The translations under genes were made by a program, and so were the position numbers. Below, one piece after another: positions 51,541-60,591 of a DNA stretch of 64,000 bases. The DNA is taken from positions 15,588 through 79,587 of the forward strand of contig CBFIBM010000009.1 of NCBI GenBank assembly GCA_965660855.1. The letters are read 5' to 3'. Within the stretch, counting starts at the first letter, position 1, and every line of letters starts with the position of its first letter. The notes below the pieces were generated by a model, which was not told the origin of the DNA, made no database searches, and saw only the letters and a program-made list of their open reading frames with translations. The DNA is from an uncultured bacterium (lineage in GTDB: Bacteria > Fidelibacterota > Marinisomatia > Marinisomatales > UBA1611).

Positions 51541-53163
51541 ATGGATAAATTATATAAAACTATACTTATTAGTACTTTCTTTCTAATAACTAGCTGTGAG
51601 AAAAATTCAATGAAACTATATATAAATTGTAATGTTTATGGTAGGCCAGATATAAAATCAATTTTGTGTAATGATGGTAAAATTCTTCAACTTTTACCCA
51701 GTACAAATATCAATTCAGGGGAAAAAATAGATTTGAAGGGCGGATGGGTCTACCCGGGCTTTATAGACTCCCATATGCATTTAACTGGCTTAGGGTTTTC
51801 ACTTGAGTCAATTGATTTAGTTGGAACTAATTCAAAAAGTGCTGTTTTAGATATAATAAAAAATAATATTAAAGATTTTCCTAAAGGTTCTTGGATAGTT
51901 GGTAGAGGATGGGATCATAATGATTGGGAAGATTCTTCTTATCCAACAGCAAAAGATTTAGATCAACTTTCAAATGAACATCCAATGGTTTTTAGAAGAA
52001 TAGATGGACATGCAATATGGACAAACACTTTAGCAATGGAAATTTCTAATATTAACTCTAAGACAAAAAATATCGATGGTGGTATAATAATAAGAGATAA
52101 TAAAAGTATTCCAACAGGATTATTTATCGATAATGCAATAGATCTTATAGAAGACAATATGCCAGAAAAATCAGATGCCGACATTCGTAGACACATTTTA
52201 AAAGCACAAAGTTTACTTAATAGATATGGAATTACTTCGGTGCATGATGCTGGAACATCAAAAAATGAAATAGACGTTATAAAAAATATGATTAAGAATA
52301 AAGAGTTAACAATTCGGATTTACAGTATGATTAATAACAATCCAAAAGATTATGACTCTTTTTTAAAAAATGGCCCTGAAATTGATAATCCATTTTTACG
52401 AATTGAATCAATAAAAATATATCTTGATGGGGCATTAGGATCTCGCGGAGCTGCATTGCTTGAACCATATACAGACTCTCCAAACCAAAAGGGCCTTCTC
52501 TTAATTAGTTCATATGAACATAGACAATTAGTTAAAAGGTTTAACATGGCTAACTTTCAAGTGAACACTCATGGAATTGGAGATAGAGCTATCCGACTAA
52601 TATTAGATAATTATGAAGAGGCTGCGAATCTAAGTATGCGAAACCGCATAGAACATTCACAAATTGTAGATGATGATGATATACCCCGTTTCAAAAAATT
52701 AAATGTCACTCCTGCAATACAAGCAACGCATTGTACTAGCGATATGTATTGGGTGGAAGATCGATTAGGAAAGGATCGAATTCATAAAGCATACCCATGG
52801 AAATCCTTTATAAATTTAGGAATTCCTTTGCCAGGAGGATCGGATGCTCCAATTGAAAATCCTGATCCACTGGAAGGGATTTATGCATCTATAACAAGAC
52901 AAGATAAAATGGGTTACCCCGAAAGTGGATGGGAGCCTGATCAAAAAATGAGCTTACCAGAAGCAATCAAATCATATACCGAATGGGCTTCTTATGCATC
53001 AAATGAAGAAAATATAAAAGGTAAAATAGAAGAAGGTTTCTATGCGGATTTTACCGTGCTTGATAAAGAATTAAAGTCTGCAAATCCAAAAATGATTTTA
53101 AATACACGTGTTTTAGCTACAATTTTAAATGGTGAAATTATTTATGAGATCAATAACGATTAA
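51541..53163 (+). CDS. YtcJ-like amidohydrolase (Amidohydro_3), probable lipoprotein
   Basis: Plus-strand ATGGATAAATTATATAAA at 51541 encodes MDKLYK and ends at TAA 53161-53163, so the track's minus label is wrong. PGFIDSHMH, DGALGSRGA, HGIGD, RIEH, GSDAP; lipobox LITSC. Confidence 0.93.
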   Translation: MDKLYKTILISTFFLITSCEKNSMKLYINCNVYGRPDIKSILCNDGKILQLLPSTNINSGEKIDLKGGWVYPGFIDSHMHLTGLGFSLESIDLVGTNSKSAVLDIIKNNIKDFPKGSWIVGRGWDHNDWEDSSYPTAKDLDQLSNEHPMVFRRIDGHAIWTNTLAMEISNINSKTKNIDGGIIIRDNKSIPTGLFIDNAIDLIEDNMPEKSDADIRRHILKAQSLLNRYGITSVHDAGTSKNEIDVIKNMIKNKELTIRIYSMINNNPKDYDSFLKNGPEIDNPFLRIESIKIYLDGALGSRGAALLEPYTDSPNQKGLLLISSYEHRQLVKRFNMANFQVNTHGIGDRAIRLILDNYEEAANLSMRNRIEHSQIVDDDDIPRFKKLNVTPAIQATHCTSDMYWVEDRLGKDRIHKAYPWKSFINLGIPLPGGSDAPIENPDPLEGIYASITRQDKMGYPESGWEPDQKMSLPEAIKSYTEWASYASNEENIKGKIEEGFYADFTVLDKELKSANPKMILNTRVLATILNGEIIYEINND

Positions 53164-53896
53164 TAATATCAAATACATTAAAAGTTTAAACCAAACAAAA
53201 AATAGAAAAAAGTTTAATGCCTTCTTTATCGAAGGAAAAAGGTTAATCGAATCTGCTATTTTATTTAATGCTGATATTAGAAAAATATATTTAACAGAAA
53301 AATTTTTAAGTGACCATCTTTCTTTTAAAAAACTCTTAATAAAAAATGAGATAAAAATAATAACAATTTCAAATAAAGATTTTCAAAAAATATCTAACAC
53401 AACAAACCCTTCGGGGGTTGCTGGAATTTGCAGTATACAAAAACATGAATTAAAAAAAGGTACTAATTCTAAATTACTTTATTTAAATGAAATTTCAGAT
53501 CCTGGAAACCTAGGGACTATCATTCGTTCTGCTGCATATTTTAATTTTGTAGATATTTTACTATCTAAGAACTGTGTTGATCCATATAACCCAAAAGTTT
53601 TACGATCTGGAATGGGTTCACATTTTAAAGTAAACTTGTTCTTGAATATCGATATCAAAACCCTGAGAGGCGATTATACTTTAATTGGTGCAGATCAAAG
53701 AGGAAAGGCTTACAACAAAGTAAAATTCCCAAAAAAATACATTCTTATGCTCGGTAGTGAAGCTCATGGATTCGAAAAAGAAATTTTAAATATTATAGAT
53801 ACAACCATTTCTATAAAAAAGACTGGCCACGGTGAGTCACTAAATGTATCGGCTGCTGGTTCAATATTAATGAACTACCTAAGCGAAAAACAATAA
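53144..53896 (+). CDS. TrmH/SpoU-family RNA methyltransferase
   Basis: IEG, DPGNLGTIIRSA, GSEAHG, ESLNVSAA; ATG at 53144 preferred. Confidence 0.95.
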   Translation: MRSITINNIKYIKSLNQTKNRKKFNAFFIEGKRLIESAILFNADIRKIYLTEKFLSDHLSFKKLLIKNEIKIITISNKDFQKISNTTNPSGVAGICSIQKHELKKGTNSKLLYLNEISDPGNLGTIIRSAAYFNFVDILLSKNCVDPYNPKVLRSGMGSHFKVNLFLNIDIKTLRGDYTLIGADQRGKAYNKVKFPKKYILMLGSEAHGFEKEILNIIDTTISIKKTGHGESLNVSAAGSILMNYLSEKQ

Positions 53897-53971
53897 TTTT
53901 TAATACATCCATTTGTTAAATTTGAAATAGAATACCCCTTAAAAGAATCAAAAGATTTTAAATCTAAAAAA

Positions 53972-54760
53972 ATGAATAATACCTTAAGAATTCGAACTGC
54001 AATACTAGTTGTAATCTCATCAATAATGTCTGCTTTTCTAGCTGGTGCATTTGTGCTTGGTTTTGGAATGGCTAACCCTGATGGACCACAAAAAATATAT
54101 ACATTTTTATCTTTTATTATTGGGCAAAGTTTCATGCTTGTGCCTTTACTTTGGTTTTTGTTATCAAATAAACATCCACTGTTTCAAACTCTACGTATTA
54201 AAATAGTTCCTTTTTCAACTATTTATTACACTATCTTACTCTCTATTGGAGTTATAATTTTATCAGATGAAGTCGATAAGATTGTTCAAATATTTATTGA
54301 AGCGCCCGAATATGTAGTTGATTTAAATGGTGTCTTGAAACCGGAGTCTCTATCTGGTTTTTTATTATTATTTATTGCTGTAGTAATTATTGCTCCACTT
54401 GGAGAAGAATTGCTCTTTAGAGGTTTTTTTCAAAAAATTTTAGAAGATAACTGGAAAGATATTACAAGAGCTGTACTTGTAACAGCTGTTATTTTTTCTT
54501 TTATACATATGAATCCATTCTGGTTTGCACAAATATATATTCTTGGAATTCTTTTAGGTTTTCTGGCATGGAAAACAAATTCTATAATTCCATCATTAAT
54601 TCTTCACAGTTTAAATAATTTAATAGCCCTTATTCTTTCCTTATCATCCGCAAATACCGAAGCTTCTTTTTATTTATATAGGGGGCATGTTTCTCCTTGG
54701 ATATTATTACTAGCAATAATATTTGTTTATACTGGTTTTAGAGAAATAAATAAGGATTAG
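53972..54760 (+). CDS. CPBP (CAAX/Rce1-like) intramembrane metalloprotease
   Basis: EELLFRG, FSFIH, HSLNN. Confidence 0.92.
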   Translation: MNNTLRIRTAILVVISSIMSAFLAGAFVLGFGMANPDGPQKIYTFLSFIIGQSFMLVPLLWFLLSNKHPLFQTLRIKIVPFSTIYYTILLSIGVIILSDEVDKIVQIFIEAPEYVVDLNGVLKPESLSGFLLLFIAVVIIAPLGEELLFRGFFQKILEDNWKDITRAVLVTAVIFSFIHMNPFWFAQIYILGILLGFLAWKTNSIIPSLILHSLNNLIALILSLSSANTEASFYLYRGHVSPWILLLAIIFVYTGFREINKD

Positions 54761-54765
54761 TTTAA

Positions 54766-56136
54766 TTGAAAAAAGAAATTTTTAAACATGAAATAACAAT
54801 TCTTAAAGATACTTTTGGACGGTTGTTGCGCAGGAATGCTGAAACAAATCTTATAAAATTAATAAAAAAAACACATCCCGCTGATTTAGCTATAGTCTTT
54901 AGGTATTTTAGTGAAGAAGAACAAATACAAGTTTTCAACTTAATGAAAAATAGCACCCACACAATTGAGTTTTTAATTGAACTTGATGATATTCTTATAG
55001 AAAATCTCTTAAATGTTGAAAAACCTGAACGTATTGCTGATTTATTGGAAAGCGCTCCTACAAATGATCAAAGTTATATCCTAGGGATATTAGAAAAGAA
55101 TCAATCTCAATCAGTTATAGAGCTTTTGAAAAGAGAAGAGCAAGAAGAAATAGAAGAAATTATGGGATATCCTGAAGATTCAGCGGGAACCATGATGACA
55201 ACAGATGTTTTTACACTTTTTGAAGATACAACTTGCGCAGAAGCACTGAGCGAACTCCAGGATCAACAAGATGCTGAAATGGTTTTTTATTTATATATTA
55301 CAAATGAATATGGTTCTCTTGTGGGTGTGGCTTCATTAAGAGCTCTCGCAACAACACCAGCTGATAAACTTTTAAAGGATATTATGGTGAAAAGAATTGA
55401 TACTGTTCGCCCAGAAACTGATCAAGAAGAAGTTGCTCAAATAGTAGCACAGTATAATTATTTAGCTGTTCCAGTAGTAGATAGTGATAACCAATTATTA
55501 GGAATTGTAACAGTTGATGACGTAGTTGATGTGATTCGAGAAGAAGCAACTGAAGATTTTTTACAAATGGCTGGTGCGGGTAAAGATAGAGAAATATTAT
55601 TAAAGTCTAGTTGGGAAAATGCAAAAGCTCGTCTCCCATGGCTTTTTGCTAGCTGGATTGGGGGTATTGTTGCCGCTTCTATTATTGGCCGTTTTGAATA
55701 TATGCTTGAAAGCATAATAGCACTTGCTGCTTTTATTCCAGTAATTATTGGTATGGGGGGAAATATAGGCACTCAATCTTCAACTATAATTGTCCGAGGT
55801 ATGGCGACAGGTAGAATAGAACTTGGTAATGAACTAAAAATTCTATTAAAAGAACTTCGTGTTGGCTTAATCCTTGGTTCTCTTTATGGATTATTGCTTG
55901 GTATTTTTGCAAATTTTAAATTTTTAAACTCAGACCCAATGCTCGGCGTAGTTGTTGGTTTAAGTATTTGTAGCTCAATGTTACTTGCAACTATAGTAGG
56001 AGCTTTTACACCTTTGGTGCTACGAAAACTTGATATAGACCCTGCAATTGCAACAGGTCCATTTGTAACGACTAGCATTGATATCATAGGAGTTTTACTA
56101 TATTTTTTTATTGCAGGTTCACTTTTAAGTATTTAA
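54766..56136 (+). CDS. mgtE: Magnesium transporter MgtE
   Basis: HPAD N-domain, CBS pair, RLPWL, GGNIGTQ, DPAIATGPFVTTSID. Confidence 0.97.
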   Translation: MKKEIFKHEITILKDTFGRLLRRNAETNLIKLIKKTHPADLAIVFRYFSEEEQIQVFNLMKNSTHTIEFLIELDDILIENLLNVEKPERIADLLESAPTNDQSYILGILEKNQSQSVIELLKREEQEEIEEIMGYPEDSAGTMMTTDVFTLFEDTTCAEALSELQDQQDAEMVFYLYITNEYGSLVGVASLRALATTPADKLLKDIMVKRIDTVRPETDQEEVAQIVAQYNYLAVPVVDSDNQLLGIVTVDDVVDVIREEATEDFLQMAGAGKDREILLKSSWENAKARLPWLFASWIGGIVAASIIGRFEYMLESIIALAAFIPVIIGMGGNIGTQSSTIIVRGMATGRIELGNELKILLKELRVGLILGSLYGLLLGIFANFKFLNSDPMLGVVVGLSICSSMLLATIVGAFTPLVLRKLDIDPAIATGPFVTTSIDIIGVLLYFFIAGSLLSI

Positions 56137-57225
56137 TTGATTTTATTTTTTACATTTATCTGTTTGCTTGTTTATGCTCTTTTTATAATACTTATTGTAT
56201 CTGGATTATTTAAGCATAAAGTAACAAAAATTGTATCTTCAGAAAACCTTCCTCTAGTATCTGTAGTAGTAGCAGCAAGAAATGAGGAAAAAGGATTACC
56301 CAATCTAATTCATGACTTGATAAATCAAGAATATCCATTAGGAAAGCTTGAAATCATTTTCATAAATGATCGTTCTACAGACTTAACAGAGAACATACTG
56401 GAAGAAGCATCAGAAAATTATAGCTTTATTAAAAATATTAAAATTGAAAATAAATCTAAAGAAATAACCCCAAAAAAATATGCACTAACAAAAGGAATTG
56501 AACTGGCTAAGGGCGAAGTTATTATTTCAACAGATGCAGATTGCCGTGTTGGAAAATTGTGGGTTTCTAGTATGTCCTACGATGTAATAAAAAATAATAG
56601 CATTTCGATTGGTTTCTCTTCAATAAAAGCTAAAACTTTTTTTGATCAATATCAAAAAATTGACTTTTTAGGTATTATAACTGCTAATGCTGGTGCCGGT
56701 GGATGGAACATGTATTGGTCTGGAACAGGGCAAAACCTAGCCTATTATAAAAGTGATTTTTTAGAGATCAATGGTTTTGAACCCGTAAAAGAAAAAATTT
56801 CTGGAGATGATATGTATTTAGTTCAATCCATTTCTAAAATAAAAAATGGTTCAATAAATATTGATCCTAATTCTTTTGTTAAAACTGAACCAATGAAAAC
56901 CGTAAAAGATTTTTTAAATCAAAGAACCCGGTGGTCTTCAAATGCAAAATTAAATGTAAAAAAAAGTCCATATTTTTTTTTATTTTTAGCAACTTCATTA
57001 TTAATTAATGTAATTATCTTTTTTTCATTTTTATTTTCAATTAATTGGTTTTCAATCTTTTTTATAAAATTTATTTTTGATGGATTAGTTATATTTCTAG
57101 GATCAAAACTTTTTAACTCAAATATTTCATTTAAGCCTTTCTTGGTCTGGGCATTTTTACAACCCCTTTATATCCCTTTTATCGGATTTATGGGACTACG
57201 AGAAAAATTTACATGGAAACAATAA
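56137..57225 (+). CDS. Membrane glycosyltransferase family 2
   Basis: AARNEE, DRSTD, TDAD, GDD, QRTRW; flanking TM helices. Confidence 0.9.
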   Translation: MILFFTFICLLVYALFIILIVSGLFKHKVTKIVSSENLPLVSVVVAARNEEKGLPNLIHDLINQEYPLGKLEIIFINDRSTDLTENILEEASENYSFIKNIKIENKSKEITPKKYALTKGIELAKGEVIISTDADCRVGKLWVSSMSYDVIKNNSISIGFSSIKAKTFFDQYQKIDFLGIITANAGAGGWNMYWSGTGQNLAYYKSDFLEINGFEPVKEKISGDDMYLVQSISKIKNGSINIDPNSFVKTEPMKTVKDFLNQRTRWSSNAKLNVKKSPYFFLFLATSLLINVIIFFSFLFSINWFSIFFIKFIFDGLVIFLGSKLFNSNISFKPFLVWAFLQPLYIPFIGFMGLREKFTWKQ

Positions 57226-57905
57226 GTAAACTTTTAATTATACCCATTATTTTTTTTAATATTATTTTAACCCAAACTTATAATGTGTCAATTTTAGGTT
57301 ACCACATTGGTGATATTATGAAAGTCAATACTATACCTAATAAAATAGAATTGAGTTTAAGGACTCGAGGATTGTTTGATATATTTTACCCAACGAATAA
57401 TTCTTACAAGACAACATATGATTCGATAACTTTTATGTTAAAAGAGTATGAATATGAAATTGATCAAATAAATTTACAAGAAAGTATATTAGTAAAATCA
57501 GAAACTGCTATCAAAAATGGTTTTAGTCAAAATGATTATCATCTATTACAGTCTCCTGCTTTCAATTTTATTTCGTTTTTAGAGTTTATAAAATCCAAAA
57601 ATAAATCTGAAATTGATACAAAGTGGTTTCCTTTTGAGTCTGGAAAAAAGATAGGGAGAGCTCGAGTTATTTGGGCAGACTCTACAAATGTGTATAGTAA
57701 TATGGACTCTGTGATGTGTAATCATTATCGATTAGATATAGAAATTGATAATCCATCTGAAATTAAAAATATCGATTATTTAAATAAATATCTTATACAA
57801 GAAGCAAATATAAAAGAGCTCTGGATCTCAGTTAAATCACCAAAAATTTATTCTATAAAAATATCAAATTCTTTTTTGTCATTGGATGTAATAATTGCTG
57901 AATAA
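57213..57905 (+). CDS. Hypothetical exported protein (DUF3108-like)
   Basis: Signal-like N-terminus; beta-rich; TRGLFDIFYP, LWIS. Confidence 0.5.
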   Translation: METISKLLIIPIIFFNIILTQTYNVSILGYHIGDIMKVNTIPNKIELSLRTRGLFDIFYPTNNSYKTTYDSITFMLKEYEYEIDQINLQESILVKSETAIKNGFSQNDYHLLQSPAFNFISFLEFIKSKNKSEIDTKWFPFESGKKIGRARVIWADSTNVYSNMDSVMCNHYRLDIEIDNPSEIKNIDYLNKYLIQEANIKELWISVKSPKIYSIKISNSFLSLDVIIAE

Positions 57906-57976
57906 ATAAAGGATAGTTAACTTTGATAAATAAGATAAAAATTGCTTTTTTAAAAAATTAATCAAAAAATATCGAT

Positions 57977-58348
57977 TTGAAATTAAAAAAATATAAAAAT
58001 AAATTTTTAGGTTGGTTTTTATTCTCAATAGTTTTTTCAATGGGGCTTTACTTTGGTATAGATAAAAAAATTCTAATCTTCACAACATTTCTATTAACAA
58101 TATTTACAGAAATATTTGTTGGTTTAAGTGCACTTATAGCAGCTATTCCCGTAATTGGCCCCTTAATACTTAAAATCGTATCTATTCCCATTTTCTGGAT
58201 TTTAAATGCATTAGGTACTCTTGTTTCAGGGCTTGCTATTAAAAAAGGCTATACTACAAAATTAGCAAAGGGGCGAATTATTACTCTTGCTCTTCTGATC
58301 GGAATTATCATTGGGTATATTATAGGACATTTAATCCCATTAAAATGA
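57977..58348 (+). CDS. Small hypothetical membrane protein
   Basis: Three to four hydrophobic helices, IPVIGP motif; TTG start. Confidence 0.65.
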   Translation: MKLKKYKNKFLGWFLFSIVFSMGLYFGIDKKILIFTTFLLTIFTEIFVGLSALIAAIPVIGPLILKIVSIPIFWILNALGTLVSGLAIKKGYTTKLAKGRIITLALLIGIIIGYIIGHLIPLK

Positions 58349-58767
58349 ATATTTTAATTTTACAAGGCCCAAATTTAAATCTTCTTGGTTTACAATCTTC
58401 AAAAAGTAAGAAAAAACTTACATTAGATAAATTAAATAAAAAGGTTCGTTTCCATTGTCGATCTAAAGACGTTAAACTAAAAATTTTCCAAACACACAAA
58501 GAATTCCAAGCAATTAATTTTATTCAAAGGAATAGAACTTGGGCAGATAAATTACTGTTTATTCCTACAACTTGGGCTATAAATAACTTTACTATTTTAG
58601 AAACCATAAAAATTATTAATATAAGTACAGCTTTGGTGTTATTTGAAGAACCCTATTCATTCAATGTTGAAAAAGAGGCTTCAATATTTAAAGGAAAAAA
58701 CTTTAAAACCTTTATTGGTCCCCCTATTGATTCTTGTTTAGATAGTATTGATTATTTTATAAAATAA
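58345..58767 (+). CDS. Degenerate type II 3-dehydroquinate dehydratase homolog (AroQ-like)
   Basis: MNILILQGPNLNLLG and typical length, but the REPxxYG, NPxxxTH and EVHxSNxxxRE motifs are replaced. Confidence 0.75.
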   Translation: MNILILQGPNLNLLGLQSSKSKKKLTLDKLNKKVRFHCRSKDVKLKIFQTHKEFQAINFIQRNRTWADKLLFIPTTWAINNFTILETIKIINISTALVLFEEPYSFNVEKEASIFKGKNFKTFIGPPIDSCLDSIDYFIK

Positions 58768-59498
58768 TGCGTGTTTTATTAAAGTTATTTTTATTCCCCT
58801 GCTTTTTATTATCTCAAATTATAGAGCCTTCGAAAAATAGCCCGATTGATGTTCTTTCCACTAAAATTATAAAAATACAAAAACCAAAAAAAATTGTTTT
58901 TGAAGGTTTTAATCCTAAATGGGTTGATTCTCTTAAATTGGTTTTGCCTTGTGATAAAGTACCCGTTCCAAAACGTGCCATGAGATTACCAAATGCTCCT
59001 AGAGACTATAGAAACGGGACACATCGTGGGATAGATTTTTTTGCTAATTGGGGGACACCAGTTAAATCAGTTGCAAAAGGAACTGTGATTAGGTCTGATT
59101 TAGAATATAAAGAAGTACCTGCCGAATTTAGAGAATTAATGTTAGAATCAAGTGCTAAACTCGGGAATACTCCCTCTGATATATTTAATAGTGTATTACT
59201 AGGAAAATCTGTTTTTTTAGATCACGGTTTTGACCTTATTCCAGGTTTTAGAGTTATCAGTATTTATGCCCATTTATCCCATATTGAAAACAAAATTAAG
59301 CCTGGGTATATCATAAGTAGTGGAGAGGTACTTGGCAGATCTGGAAATACTGGAATGAGAGAAAGCACATTAGGATCAAAATCAGGATCTCATTTACATT
59401 GGGAGCTTATTTTACAAAAAGATAAAGATGAACTTTATTTAGGTCAAGGTTTAAAAAATCCAGATTTATATGAAATGCTTAAAAGGATATTTGAATAA
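58767..59498 (+). CDS. M23 family metallopeptidase
   Basis: HRGID, YAHL, GNTG, HLHWE; signal peptide. Confidence 0.92.
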   Translation: MRVLLKLFLFPCFLLSQIIEPSKNSPIDVLSTKIIKIQKPKKIVFEGFNPKWVDSLKLVLPCDKVPVPKRAMRLPNAPRDYRNGTHRGIDFFANWGTPVKSVAKGTVIRSDLEYKEVPAEFRELMLESSAKLGNTPSDIFNSVLLGKSVFLDHGFDLIPGFRVISIYAHLSHIENKIKPGYIISSGEVLGRSGNTGMRESTLGSKSGSHLHWELILQKDKDELYLGQGLKNPDLYEMLKRIFE

Positions 59499-59527
59499 AA
59501 AAAGGGGTAGAAATTCTACCCCTTTTT
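59499..59527. terminator. Bidirectional intrinsic terminator
   Basis: AAAAAGGGGTAGA-AAT-TCTACCCCTTTTT between convergent genes. Confidence 0.9.
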
Positions 59528-59551
59528 GTAAGATTTAGTGTTAGATACTAT

Positions 59552-60565
59552 TTAAAATTGTAAACCTAAACTTAGGACGCTACTAGGATCAAAAGTATCT
59601 GTTCCTCTATAGGTGTAATCAACTACAAGGTTTACACCATAAAGCGCATATTTCAACCCAGCACCAAAATTGGTACTAAATAATGTTTCTCCATCATTCA
59701 TGGAATCTTCTTCTAGCATAGGACTTGTAAATCCTCCTCTCAAGTATACCATATCCATTAATGTATACTCTGCTCCAAAATTTAGCTCGTCATATGAAAA
59801 ATTGTGACTTGTATATGTAACCCCAAGTATCGCACCAGAAACACTGTAAGATAATGACATATTATAAGTAGAAGGAAGTTTATCATGTGAAGCTTCAGAA
59901 TTATAAAAATCCTGAATACCATCATCACCAACTGCTTGGGATGTTAAACCACTACCAGTATAATTCATATCAGTACCAATATTTGTTAGTGCCAAAGCTA
60001 AACCTAACCCTTCCACATCAGCAAAACCGGTATATTGAACACCAATATCAAGAGCTAATGCTGAAGCGCTGGCTCTTGGAATACTTTCATATACCAACTT
60101 ACCTGTTACGCCAAAGAATGCTCTATCAGAAAATGCATTCGCATAAGTAAGTCCGAAAGTAGATAAAGTTGGTTTGAAAGTACCACCACCAACACCATCC
60201 ATATCTTGAACAGTTGTTACAGGAATATCTCCCATATCAATAGATTTCACAGTGACACCAAGCGCGCCCATTTCACCAATAGGAGATGCAACTCCAAAGT
60301 AGTTAACTCCTACATCTCCAAACATTTCCATGCTTGTTGCGAGAGCTGAGGTTGAAGTGCTTCTAGCCAATCCAGCAGGGTTCCAGTAGACAGATTCTAA
60401 ACCGCCTGAAAAAACTCGTTCGGATCCAGCCATAGCTATACCTCTTGCGCCTACAGGAACTAGTACTTGGTTACCACCACTCGTACCTATCCGTGATTCA
60501 TCACCACCGAATAACATTCCTAGAGCTAATACCGATGGTAAAACTATTTTAAGTGTTTTAATCAT
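59552..60565 (-). CDS. PorV/PorQ-family outer-membrane beta-barrel
   Basis: Signal peptide, VGARGIAMAG, YWNPAGLA, ALDIG, GAEY...LRGG, C-terminal Phe. Confidence 0.85.
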   Translation of the reverse strand: MIKTLKIVLPSVLALGMLFGGDESRIGTSGGNQVLVPVGARGIAMAGSERVFSGGLESVYWNPAGLARSTSTSALATSMEMFGDVGVNYFGVASPIGEMGALGVTVKSIDMGDIPVTTVQDMDGVGGGTFKPTLSTFGLTYANAFSDRAFFGVTGKLVYESIPRASASALALDIGVQYTGFADVEGLGLALALTNIGTDMNYTGSGLTSQAVGDDGIQDFYNSEASHDKLPSTYNMSLSYSVSGAILGVTYTSHNFSYDELNFGAEYTLMDMVYLRGGFTSPMLEEDSMNDGETLFSTNFGAGLKYALYGVNLVVDYTYRGTDTFDPSSVLSLGLQF

Positions 60566-60591
60566 TTTTATTTCTCCGTTATCGAATTTGT

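Noticed and set aside
51541..53163. Minus-strand assignment given in the ORF track
   Set aside because: The start codon, protein sequence and stop codon all lie on the + strand.
53972..54760. Abortive-infection defence gene (Abi/CAAX label)
   Set aside because: An ordinary CPBP protease in a housekeeping run with no defence context.
58345..58767. Calling this a functional aroQ or a pseudogene
   Set aside because: Catalytic residues are absent, yet the frame is full length and coupled to both neighbours, so neither label is supported.
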